22,768 bases of DNA, taken from positions 1-22,768 of the forward strand of contig JAHLWH010000112.1 of the NCBI GenBank assembly GCA_019058015.1, read 5' to 3'. Positions within the stretch are counted from its first letter, which is position 1, and every line of letters starts with the position of its first letter. This DNA is from Promethearchaeota archaeon (GTDB taxonomy: Archaea > Asgardarchaeota > Lokiarchaeia > Sigyniarchaeales > SOKP01). The notes under the pieces are model-generated. The model did no database searches and was not told the DNA's origin. It saw nothing but the letters and a program-made list of their open reading frames with translations. Shown here piece after piece: positions 9,801 through 16,662 of this stretch. Position numbers and translations under genes: made by a program.

Positions 9801-11966
9801 AAAGAACAAAAAAGAATAGTAAAAAACTATAATGGAAAGGAAAATTAATGAAAAACTTGTGAATTTAATTATAAATTCTCTAGAAAAAAGTTCCTCTTTA
9901 AGAGAAAAGATATTAACTAACATACAAATAATTGCTGTTGATAAAAATATAGAAATTAATAAAAATGAGAAATTTAAAAGAAAGACTAATTCAAAGAATA
10001 TGTAAAATAAGATTGTAAATAATTCGCCAGCAACAATGTATGAATTAAACCTTACATAATTCTGATATTTTGAATTCGCAATTTTGCCTAACTTTACTCC
10101 AAATTTTAAAAGATAATGAAGTGTAATTGAAAAATATAATAGATCTAATAATAGAGCTATAATATTAAAATAAACAGAAATAATTGAAATAAAAATAGAA
10201 GCGAATAAAAACCAAGAAGCAAAATAACTATAATTAAAGAAATTTCCTTTAGAAAAGATTCCAATAAGGTAATTAAGAAATGTAAACAAAATAAATAACA
10301 AAGGGAATAAGATAGATGATATTATTAAAGAATTAAGAAAGAATCCAGGATCTACAGGAACCACAAGGAAATAAATTCTAAAATTAATTAAAATAAATAG
10401 AAAAATTTCTATTAAAAATGAGATAACGGTTAAACTTTTTTTAAAAAATTTTGACGCTTTTCTATTAAATCTACTAAAATATAATCGATACAAAGAACTT
10501 AGAAGTGCAATTAAGAAGATTAATGCATTTATGAAAATTTGAGAATAAAATATAATGAAAGGATCTGAAGTAAAAACAATATATGCACTAAATATAAAAG
10601 GAAAAAATAAATAAAGAATAAGGAAAAAGCTAGAAATTATAAGAAAATCTTGAACAATCGAAGCATTTCTTTTGTCAAGTAATTTAATTCTTGCAAAAAT
10701 TTCTAGAATAAAATATAAAACTATAAAAAATATAATTAATTGTTCATTCCAATTTAATTGCAAGATTCTGAAACAAAAAGAAGCTAAAATAATAATAGTA
10801 TTTGTCATATAGAGGATTCTGTTATATTTTTTATTCGAAAATCCAGCCCTTTCCTCTAAATAAAATAGAATATTAATAAAAATGAGTGATAAAAATGCAA
10901 GAATTGGAAAATCCAAAAATAATAATAATGAAAATATACTAGTGATTAATGTTAATGAAAGAATAGAATTGATTTTTAGACGATTTTTACGTTTTTTTAA
11001 TTTCTTTTCTTTCCTTTCTTCACTTGCCAGTGCTATATGGTGTGTATAATGAAAATATACGTATAACTCAACTTTAAGAAAGATTATAATAAGGCATAAG
11101 ATAATTAATGATACATTAAATAATTCTAAACCTGAAAGTGGTGGCATTACTGGGCTAAATAGTATATGCAAAAGCATTAATAGAATTGAAATACAAAATA
11201 GAAGCCCAACATTAGAACTAACTAATTTTTGTTTAAATTCAATTAATTCATTTAAAAACTTTTGATTTTCTTTTATTGCATTAGTAATTCTAAAACGGAC
11301 ATTTCTTGTAATGAAGAGCGTAATTCCATAAAAAAATATATTTGTAATAATTAAATAAAACCAAGATAGTTGAGTATAAGATATAACCGATAAAAATACA
11401 ATTTGGATTATATAATTAATTATAAATATGAAATTGTGTAAATTGGTTAATATTGAAGTTATACCAACTGAATGTTTAAATCTCTTATCTTTATCACCAA
11501 ATAAATCAACTGGCTTAAAATAAATATAAAACCAAGTGATATTATAAATTACTATAAAAGCAATTAAAGGGAAAAGTCCAAATTTTCCGGTTTGCCATTG
11601 AGAAGTAATAATTTCAACTATTGGCGTTAAAATAACAGCCGCAAATGTGACAAAATAAGAAATATGAATCCTGGCAACTAAATTATTTTTTATGTTCTTA
11701 AAAAATGGTTTATCCCGATATCTATCAAAACCGATATAAAAGAAAAATAATGAAAAAGTGAGGGCTAAAAGTGAAAAAGCGATTGCAAAATCTAAATCTG
11801 CTTGTCCCGTAATTTGAATCGTTATAAAATCCGTAATATAAAAAGTTAATAAAGCACAAGCTATTGGAGCAATAATTAAATAAAAACAAAACCACCAAAC
11901 TTTCCAAATAAACTCTGTTGCTCTCCTAATTCTCTCTTCAGAATCATTTGATGATTTTGAACTCAT
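3804..11966 (-). CDS. Giant polytopic membrane protein (2720 aa), unknown function
   Basis: Uninterrupted 8.16-kb ORF of alternating hydrophobic helices and short basic loops. AGGTGTG SD-like motif upstream of the ATG. 28 bp from the downstream same-strand PCI gene. Confidence 0.88.
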   Translation of the reverse strand: MSSKSSNDSEERIRRATEFIWKVWWFCFYLIIAPIACALLTFYITDFITIQITGQADLDFAIAFSLLALTFSLFFFYIGFDRYRDKPFFKNIKNNLVARIHISYFVTFAAVILTPIVEIITSQWQTGKFGLFPLIAFIVIYNITWFYIYFKPVDLFGDKDKRFKHSVGITSILTNLHNFIFIINYIIQIVFLSVISYTQLSWFYLIITNIFFYGITLFITRNVRFRITNAIKENQKFLNELIEFKQKLVSSNVGLLFCISILLMLLHILFSPVMPPLSGLELFNVSLIILCLIIIFLKVELYVYFHYTHHIALASEERKEKKLKKRKNRLKINSILSLTLITSIFSLLLFLDFPILAFLSLIFINILFYLEERAGFSNKKYNRILYMTNTIIILASFCFRILQLNWNEQLIIFFIVLYFILEIFARIKLLDKRNASIVQDFLIISSFFLILYLFFPFIFSAYIVFTSDPFIIFYSQIFINALIFLIALLSSLYRLYFSRFNRKASKFFKKSLTVISFLIEIFLFILINFRIYFLVVPVDPGFFLNSLIISSILFPLLFILFTFLNYLIGIFSKGNFFNYSYFASWFLFASIFISIISVYFNIIALLLDLLYFSITLHYLLKFGVKLGKIANSKYQNYVRFNSYIVAGELFTILFYIFFELVFLLNFSFLLISIFLSTAIICMLVNIFSLKEELFSREFIIKFTSFSLIFLSIIVFYYSFLFFYGTYYLLTVPVISSCIILYLPIYYIFYKKLIHENWLKKLIAIDNILLSVSVIILPTIIILDMLNTGLILFSIFLILIDLNCTLFLIFGFLKLLEYISVRYKYKEVNQRLISKSQIYVWFLISISTSVIFLSIIINEFLISISILIFFFFNIYTLKKMQKLGIISSRSLKTCYNIIFLGSTFTLSYLVMLLFHNFISLIIIFPPDLALLNYAIYFLSFFSSILILFKISELILRFELFKVKEIIELVSWLYVKIVLILLISYYFPFSILNKITFFIAIFSILSPITISYLKKARISLDKNIILIENITIITFIGSLLVFFIEVFWGFAINFSFFNENPIILIGTLCVNIFIFFNYCFIKNYSLKIKKSKFRLIELFSLNLLLFISLLYIEPLISFIFLFPLYIIIFRVRNENLILRVLNIFLLSYITFLRFYLMFHIYSGFDFSVFEPIPLGFFIIEYLVSLSCVLFFAIILNLKEHSHLEEFILYGSISAISFVFFLTFTHILLLYNITISLGIILFFYSVFLRRIGDKNYHLYKKTLIVLIIFDIISYFSYQFLFILPVDDLINNILIFTFTLSITGFGFVLLFNEIPEKYRKYSFYTFLTAIAISLPTFLFFLLTYYLPIPLEEPFPLIISLNLGIFLFYISIGIYKWKISWAIWKAGWWLWNLFPIVNFVVIYRIFLDIDIYTNAITFFGTLDFNGSLIISILISSLLYLPVLYTKIKAHFGLILLFFWIESFGLVAWIVFNIFGENFLLTYLSFTIISIFLLMPIIYKLKYWKVLSKLWILLSGINIVFLIFYLIFLNMLPEIITSIVLIAIGLFSMIYSYFPMIRSKITILIFSYITFLLGMFLLIYFILHAILLNPFIAVNISFIILGFSMFSSKYLKLNKKYVHFVISIIFIINFSLLTLFSFFIIPGFELFSIFFAIAIFGGTFFVFNRYEKMIFSFNKAIPWTIMAFGTSLTITSLLFPFIQGSPMFICFIFSSVLILFFYPLLDKYRFVLLFLVPFPLTFLIQAFLLFIPIIHTIGIITWLMVYFSFLQVIINLFSNLVKKGRIKIKNEYLEIIQKDLILRILNSICFIINSLFISIWISVLTPISWYNQIFEFLIIWSTLLLCSLKYIELSGIKLKVKPLTKFLNGLSLFLYCILPTAILLNVLIFLIEIEVEILYSLFFISLLASSMVFFESYVIDKYLFKYLIPKIRNQIILWSWFVGCNLFSIYLYLFHLDIFLLLLTLSLLNLISTYFLSQMDVKYKKISSFLRVCLIYSILIMNSFYFASLISNLILGINELLIGYPTTLLFLLLSAVLLFFSNLIYNKIVQIKFVLQIEFLLFILIQILFAMYWITIFETFLLLNFFNISLLLIIESAFSFYSIYLVNQLYFKEKYLDFKAKGYSLIIFCLYIELILLIYNLFESFGFLGSSLISLITLFLLSIFELYIIKNFRKRYGYLIHTLSYLLLSIFLLLFLNQFLLINPDLLWFNLFLFFTMQFYTNYALFSTLKQFFIMSRFYKKIETLNDKKLFVQGIIGLIFYLFLFIFIQRALGFAPIESQIMLLSIVVHLMMIIDLYLFKFLLSKWSDSIKIVSWILIMISPIMFIDWIFTFFVAFIPLIIIFLIIEFYYLFYLLRNIEIIRTNKNKIKRFLLFVLYINFISWPLYFTSLDLLVILNLIILSSVILFVLCYVDINIGVFEEKLRLNLRRISFLFLGFLLSLNCFLYLGLLLQPYITNWPFNLSVAMLILLTFLAIDIKPFKKHSLRALLFWIATFLSLSVIVYYFSLSYIWSTVFFVITLLLYPFIFFFEELKEQFGKIVDYLLRKFRALKMIIVNFFNSIKIAILNAYNRFIDFLKKSWIYIWGIIIIIIFIVIFILLEENIGIPPLNLAWFHALPVDLVVSFLLAYPIMHEIASGDPESSFRVKMIYYCIIYGSVIGTLFGFIPPNIFLILFSIIVFGAILLFFIYREEKRGRISIKWRFFTTLIFICLIILTGILLYLQISGIFNFM

Positions 11967-12108
11967 ATTTCTGGTAACACACCTAATTATAATTTAAATT
12001 ATTAAACAAAATTTACGGTTGGAGAACTCCTATTATGATTTATTTTTTATCAGAAAATAATTATATTATTATACCAAATAATTCTTTCTCTTTTATTAGT
12101 ATTTAAAA

Positions 12109-12262
12109 GATTTTGAGACCAATATTTGTCACAAAATAATTATATTTTTCAACATTTTTAAAAAAAGCTATGAAATCTTATCACTCTATAATATTATAGA
12201 ATTAAAGGAAATAATTATTGTAATTAATAAATTATTGTTTTTTTTTATAATAGTAATATTAA
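12109..12262. repeat. ~154-bp imperfect direct repeat, copy 1, containing palindrome TCTATAATATTATAGA (12185-12200)
   Basis: Aligns by eye with 13002-13155. A 34-bp core AATCTTATCACTCTATAATATTATAGAATTAAAG is identical in both copies. Confidence 0.9.
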
Positions 12263-12315
12263 AACATAATTAGATTAATAAAATGTATATAAAATTTTAA
12301 ATATTAACTATTTAC

Positions 12316-12963
12316 ATGAATAGTGAGAAGATCTCAGCAAACGATATTCAAGGGGATGCAATGAGCATATGCAATCAACCTCTTTCAGAATGTAACGATT
12401 GTGGTCTTAGCGAAGTTCTGATGTGTAAGTATGAAGTTAAGGATGCAATCATCTTTTTGATACCCTTCCTTATTGCTTTCATTCCGGCCATTATTGGAAT
12501 TATTTCATCGGGCTATGGCTTGTGGCTCATTGCATACTTCGGATTTATGATATTCTTTTTTATTGTATGGGAAAACCGGATACTATGCAGTCATTGCCCG
12601 TACTACGCCGAAGAAGGGAAAACTCTCCGTTGTCACGCGAACTATGGCTTACCTAAAACTTGGAACTATCACCCAGAACCGTTGAGTCGCTCCGAACAAA
12701 TTCAATTCCTAATAGGAGTATTAATTATAGTTGGATTTCCTATGCCTTTCTTGATTATTGGAGAACAATATTTGATGTTGACAATCTCAGTAGTAGGGGT
12801 AATACTCTGGTTATGTGTTTTACAATTAAGGACCTGTAAAAAATGCATAAATTTTTCTTGTCCCCTAAATCGCATTCCTAAGAAAATAGTAGACGAATAC
12901 CTCAAGCATAACAAGGTTATGAGAAGCGCGTGGGAGAAAACAGGGTACAGAATTGCAGATTAA
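12316..12963 (+). CDS. Cys-rich 4-TM membrane protein, hypothetical (possible metal binding)
   Basis: Two TM hairpins. Cys motifs CNDC, LCSHCPYY, CHANYG and CKKCINFSCPLN. Visibly GC-richer than its flanks (28/60 GC in 12601-12660). Confidence 0.8.
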   Translation: MNSEKISANDIQGDAMSICNQPLSECNDCGLSEVLMCKYEVKDAIIFLIPFLIAFIPAIIGIISSGYGLWLIAYFGFMIFFFIVWENRILCSHCPYYAEEGKTLRCHANYGLPKTWNYHPEPLSRSEQIQFLIGVLIIVGFPMPFLIIGEQYLMLTISVVGVILWLCVLQLRTCKKCINFSCPLNRIPKKIVDEYLKHNKVMRSAWEKTGYRIAD

Positions 12964-13001
12964 TCTACTTTAATTGGATGTGCAAAATTCCTGTAAGAAA
13001 T

Positions 13002-13155
13002 GATTTTGAAACCAATTTTTTTGTCAAAAAAATTAATTTTTTCAATTTCTTAAAAAAAGCTATGGAATCTTATCACTCTATAATATTATAGAATTAAAGA
13101 AAATAGTTATTGTAATTAATAAACATTGATTTTTTTTTCATAACAGTAATATTAA
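13002..13155. repeat. ~154-bp imperfect direct repeat, copy 2, containing palindrome TCTATAATATTATAGA (13077-13092)
   Basis: Second copy, ~893 bp downstream of copy 1, starting 38 bp after the stop of the Cys-rich gene. Confidence 0.9.
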
Positions 13156-13180
13156 TATTAAATTGACTTGTTGGTTTCAT

Positions 13181-13199
13181 AAAAACAGATGCTGTTTTT
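13181..13199. promoter_or_regulatory. Short inverted repeat AAAAACAG-atg-CTGTTTTT upstream of the ThiS/MoaD-like gene
   Basis: 8-bp arms with a 3-nt spacer, 23 bp before ATG 13223. Could be an operator or terminator, but it is AT-rich and may be chance. Confidence 0.3.
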
Positions 13200-13222
13200 T
13201 ATTTTCTGAATACACATAAAAG

Positions 13223-13522
13223 ATGCCAATAAAAGTAAAATTGTATGGAGATTTAAGAGAAAAGGCGTCTAAACATAATTCCAATGCAGGTGCTCCAAGC
13301 ACATTGAATCTTGAAGATAATGAGATAAAATTTGTATTTGATATTCTAAAGAAGTTTAACATAGAAGAAACAGAAATTAGCCATATTTTTGTAAATCATA
13401 AATACAGCGAACCAAGGAAAGAAGTCAAAGATGGAGATAGAGTTGGTTTATTCCCAAAGAATATGGGATTAATCTTCGTGGAAATAATCCAAAATAATTC
13501 GAATTTGGATTCTAAATATTAA
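13223..13522 (+). CDS. ThiS/MoaD-family ubiquitin-like (beta-grasp) protein lacking C-terminal Gly-Gly
   Basis: IKVKLYGDLRE...IFVN...VKDGDRVGLFP is the MoaD/ThiS/SAMP pattern. It ends FPKNMGLIFVEIIQNNSNLDSKY instead of FPPxxGG. Confidence 0.82.
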   Translation: MPIKVKLYGDLREKASKHNSNAGAPSTLNLEDNEIKFVFDILKKFNIEETEISHIFVNHKYSEPRKEVKDGDRVGLFPKNMGLIFVEIIQNNSNLDSKY

Positions 13523-13934
13523 ACATTCTGTAAGGAACCCCGAAAAAGGTGTCTCCCCCAATGATACTCTTAATTTTATTCCGAGTAGTAATTGTATCAT
13601 AATAAATAAATAATTGTCCCTTTCCATCACATGGTTCATTAATTTCAACAAAAACAAATTCAGGACTCGTATTTTCAATAGATGTAATAACGTCCTGATG
13701 TTCCTCAACTATTTCTCTCACAGTCTCAATACTTGGATAGTCTTCACAAGAAGGCCCTAAATTATCAATATAAGTCATAATAGCACCATAAGATATAATA
13801 AGCGATAGACTTCCAAATACAACTAAAATGATTATTAGAGCGTAAAGAATGTGTCGATTTTTTCTTTCATTTAAAGATTTATTATTTTTAAAAATTGCAT
13901 TTAAATTTGATTTCTTTGAAGAATCTTCAGACAT
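13512..13934 (-). CDS. Hypothetical membrane-anchored protein
   Basis: N-terminal TM helix, then a small domain with two Cys and a C-terminal TFFGVPYRMFNI. Overlaps the ThiS-like gene tail-to-tail by 11 nt. Confidence 0.75.
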   Translation of the reverse strand: MSEDSSKKSNLNAIFKNNKSLNERKNRHILYALIIILVVFGSLSLIISYGAIMTYIDNLGPSCEDYPSIETVREIVEEHQDVITSIENTSPEFVFVEINEPCDGKGQLFIYYDTITTRNKIKSIIGGDTFFGVPYRMFNI

Positions 13935-14194
13935 ATTATTCTTTCCTAGGTTAGAATTTTCGAAAAAATCATAAAATAGAAGATGAATTGAATCGTACCA
14001 ATAATTAAGTAATAGAATAATAAAAATTTATTCTATTATTCATTTTTTCTTCGATTAAGTAATTTCCGTTGGAATTACAGATATATATTGAGTTAATTCA
14101 ATTTAATGCCCATCAACTAATAGATTTTGAAATTACCTAACTTTAGTATAATGTTTTTCATAATATTCTCTTAAAATACTCTTAATCGCAATAA

Positions 14195-15304
14195 AAAGAC
14201 TATTTATTAATTGATCGTATAAAGTATGCTATTGTCTTAATAGAATCGAAAATTAAAAAACTCACGGATATAGATCCCAAACCTGATGTTATAATAATAT
14301 CTGTTCCTAAAGAAATCTTAAAATCTTGTAGAAGTCTTAAATATAAGCATACTAATAGAATTTATCTCATAAAACGGCAATTTGATCTAGGTTTGAAAAA
14401 CTATAAAGATGGATATAATTTTCATAATCTAATAAAAATCATAGGAATGGATAATGGCATCCCTATACAGTTAATTTATCCAGATACACTATTTCCAAAT
14501 CCTAAAGTAAAAGGGAGACAAGATTTGGCGATGATTGCTTGGAATCTAACTGTAGCTCTATTATATAAAGCAAATGAGATACCGTGGAAATATTTTGAGT
14601 TCCCAGATAGCACTTGTTTTGTCGGTATCTCTTTTCATAAAGAATTCGATGATAATGACGAGCAGATCATGAGAGCAAGTGTGGCTCAAAATTTCCTTTC
14701 AAACGGTAGAGACATTGTTTTAAGAGGAGATAGATTTGAATGGGATACCAATATATCAAAGAGTCCGCATATGAGTGAAGAATGTACAATTGATTTAGTG
14801 GAGAAAATACTTTCTAAATATAAAGAACATTGGGGAAAATTACCAGATAGAGTTGTAGTGCATAAAATTTCTGAATATTGGCCGGATGAATCAAGAGGTT
14901 TTGAAGCAGCACTAAATAATGTGAATAAAGCAGATTTAATAACTATTTCAGATACAAATATAAGATTTTTTAGACTTGAACAAATGCCAGTTGTTAAAGG
15001 TACTTTCATTAATTTATTTGGTAGATATTATCTATATAATGTTGGTTATATTCCTTGCTTAGAGGTGTATCCTGGAAGTAGAATTCCATCGCCTATCGAA
15101 ATTAAATTTCATAGGAATGATGAGGATCCTATTAAAATTTGTAAAGAAATAATGGCTTTAGCTCGTTTAAATTGGAACAATATTGATTACTCTACTAAAT
15201 ATCCAGTAACGATGACTTTTTCGAGAAATGTTGGCGAAATACTCTCAGAATATAGAGCTAAATCATTACCAAGAATTCCTGATAAATATAGGTATTATAT
15301 GTAA
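14195..15304 (+). CDS. ago: Short prokaryotic Argonaute (MID-PIWI, catalytically inactive), apparently 5'-truncated
   Basis: Frame is open from 14195 (369 codons), 66 codons before the track's TTG, and includes PDVIIISVPKEI. MID pocket FHNLIK...PIQ...LYKA. PIWI motifs CFVGISF, PDRVVVHK, PSPIEI, EIMALARLNWN, PVTMTFSRNVGEIL and C-terminal YRYYM. Confidence 0.92.
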   Translation, partial: KDYLLIDRIKYAIVLIESKIKKLTDIDPKPDVIIISVPKEILKSCRSLKYKHTNRIYLIKRQFDLGLKNYKDGYNFHNLIKIIGMDNGIPIQLIYPDTLFPNPKVKGRQDLAMIAWNLTVALLYKANEIPWKYFEFPDSTCFVGISFHKEFDDNDEQIMRASVAQNFLSNGRDIVLRGDRFEWDTNISKSPHMSEECTIDLVEKILSKYKEHWGKLPDRVVVHKISEYWPDESRGFEAALNNVNKADLITISDTNIRFFRLEQMPVVKGTFINLFGRYYLYNVGYIPCLEVYPGSRIPSPIEIKFHRNDEDPIKICKEIMALARLNWNNIDYSTKYPVTMTFSRNVGEILSEYRAKSLPRIPDKYRYYM

Positions 15305-15411
15305 AGAAGGTAAATAATAAAAATACCATTATATTAGGGAGATCTAAATATTAATCGTTTTAAATTATATTATTTATAAATATATTAATAGATTAAAATG
15401 GTGAAATCGTT

Positions 15412-15744
15412 ATGCCTAAGAAGTCAAAAACTATAGAAAGAATATGGAATTTAAAAATTTTTAAGCAAAAAACAATCACTAAAGAAATTTATGAAGAGAA
15501 TAAAGATGGAATTAGAGAGATAATGGACAATTTACTGATTGTTGTTGAAGAGCCCGCATTATTTAATTATGAAGCACATTGCGAAGATTTTAAGCAATTT
15601 ATTAAATTATCTACAAAAATTTTAAAATATTTAGATACGGATGAAAGAAAATTTGTAACTAAAATAAATAAATTCACAAAAGAAAAATGTAAATCTGTAT
15701 GGTCTGTTAAACCTCGAGTAGTAATAGATGAGGATTTTTCTTAA
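15412..15744 (+). CDS. Hypothetical 110-aa soluble protein downstream of Argonaute
   Basis: ATG preceded by a GGTGA SD motif. Same strand as ago, 107 bp downstream. No recognisable domain. Confidence 0.7.
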   Translation: MPKKSKTIERIWNLKIFKQKTITKEIYEENKDGIREIMDNLLIVVEEPALFNYEAHCEDFKQFIKLSTKILKYLDTDERKFVTKINKFTKEKCKSVWSVKPRVVIDEDFS

Positions 15745-15759
15745 ATTTAATAAAGTCTT

Positions 15760-16590
15760 TTATGAATCATTCATCCATTCCATAAATCCCTCTCTTTCTG
15801 GTCCCTTTGGCCAATCCTGATCGAGAATTCTTTTCTTCCTCCTTTTCTTTAATATATTTCTTAATTTCATTATTAATATGAAAAGAGGATAAGTAAATAT
15901 AATTATTATTATTAAGCAGATAAATATAATAATGTTAAAATTAAAAACATCGAAAGAATAAGAATGATCAATTCAATTATAATCATAACATAAAATGTTT
16001 TAAAATTTGATTCTGATTCTTTCATATATTTTAAATTTCTTATTATGAAATATATAAATAACCATTTTTTTAAATCGCTTTTTGTTTTTGTTTTACAAAA
16101 TCTTGCCAATAAACCTTGTAGATAATTATGTTCCTTATGATTACTTTGAAAAAATTCTGCTAGAGGTTGCCCAACTTTCCATATATTTTAGCCAAATTTT
16201 AATTCAGCTTTTTTTAACCCCCTCTTCTAAATCTTTATCGCTATTTTTCTAAAAAATTAATAAGAGATGAAGATTGTATATTAATGTATTTAAATTTTCT
16301 TTATTTTTGATTAAATAATTCTCTCGTGCTTTATCACTTGTTAATAACAATTTGAATTTTTTATTATCCAATATAATAATTTTTTTCTTTTTTAAAGAAT
16401 TTAATTCTCCAACACCAAATAATATATAGATTTGTATATTATCAATACTTTGCGTAAATTCTCATTCTAATACAATTCCAGATAATAGTGAGATATTAAG
16501 GACTTTATTAAAAGAAATCCCACAATAATTACTAATTTCTTGAATCCTTTCAGAATTTTTTTGTATTAATTCTACTTCTCTTTTTTTCAT
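15760..16590 (-). pseudogene. Decayed ~275-codon gene with C-terminal TM helices
   Basis: From ATG 16590 (MKKREVELIQKNSERIQEISNYCG...) a protein-like reading continues through TGA 16464-16462, TAG 16251-16249, a frameshift at an A7 run near 16210, TAA 16190-16188 and a frameshift near 15914, ending ...DQDWPKGPEREGFMEWMNDS* at 15760. It includes the track ORF 15912..16109. Confidence 0.55.
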
Positions 16591-16662
16591 AATTATCACT
16601 ATGATTTTTATTGGCTTTCTTATAAAATGCTCATATTTAAAAGAAAAAAATGCTGAATGTAT

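Noticed and set aside
7540-11907. Short ORFs inside the giant membrane gene (7540, 8302, 8758, 11725)
   Set aside because: Fully nested shadows whose K/I/N-rich composition mirrors the F/I/L codons of the real gene.
3804-11966. Piezo-like mechanosensitive channel by size analogy
   Set aside because: No large extracellular cap or Piezo motif is visible. The similarity is only in length and hydrophobicity.
12109-13155. Direct repeats as CRISPR array, integron attC or Xer dif site
   Set aside because: Only two long copies ~0.9 kb apart. There are no RYYYAAC/GTTRRRY attC ends, and the palindrome lacks the 6-bp spacer of dif sites.
14010-14190. 11-bp AT-rich inverted repeat (14010-14038) and a possible minus-strand remnant upstream of ago
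   Set aside because: Too AT-rich and short to separate from chance. The remnant has stops every 10-17 codons and no motif, and no Ago N-terminal or APAZ sequence was found there.
14393-15304. Active slicer or eukaryote-like long Asgard Argonaute
   Set aside because: Catalytic acidic residues are substituted, there is no room for N/PAZ domains, and the motifs match short pAgos.
16188-16464. Selenocysteine/pyrrolysine readthrough or alternative genetic code
   Set aside because: The stops are of all three types and accompanied by frameshifts. Intact genes in the window use TGA, TAG and TAA as normal stops.
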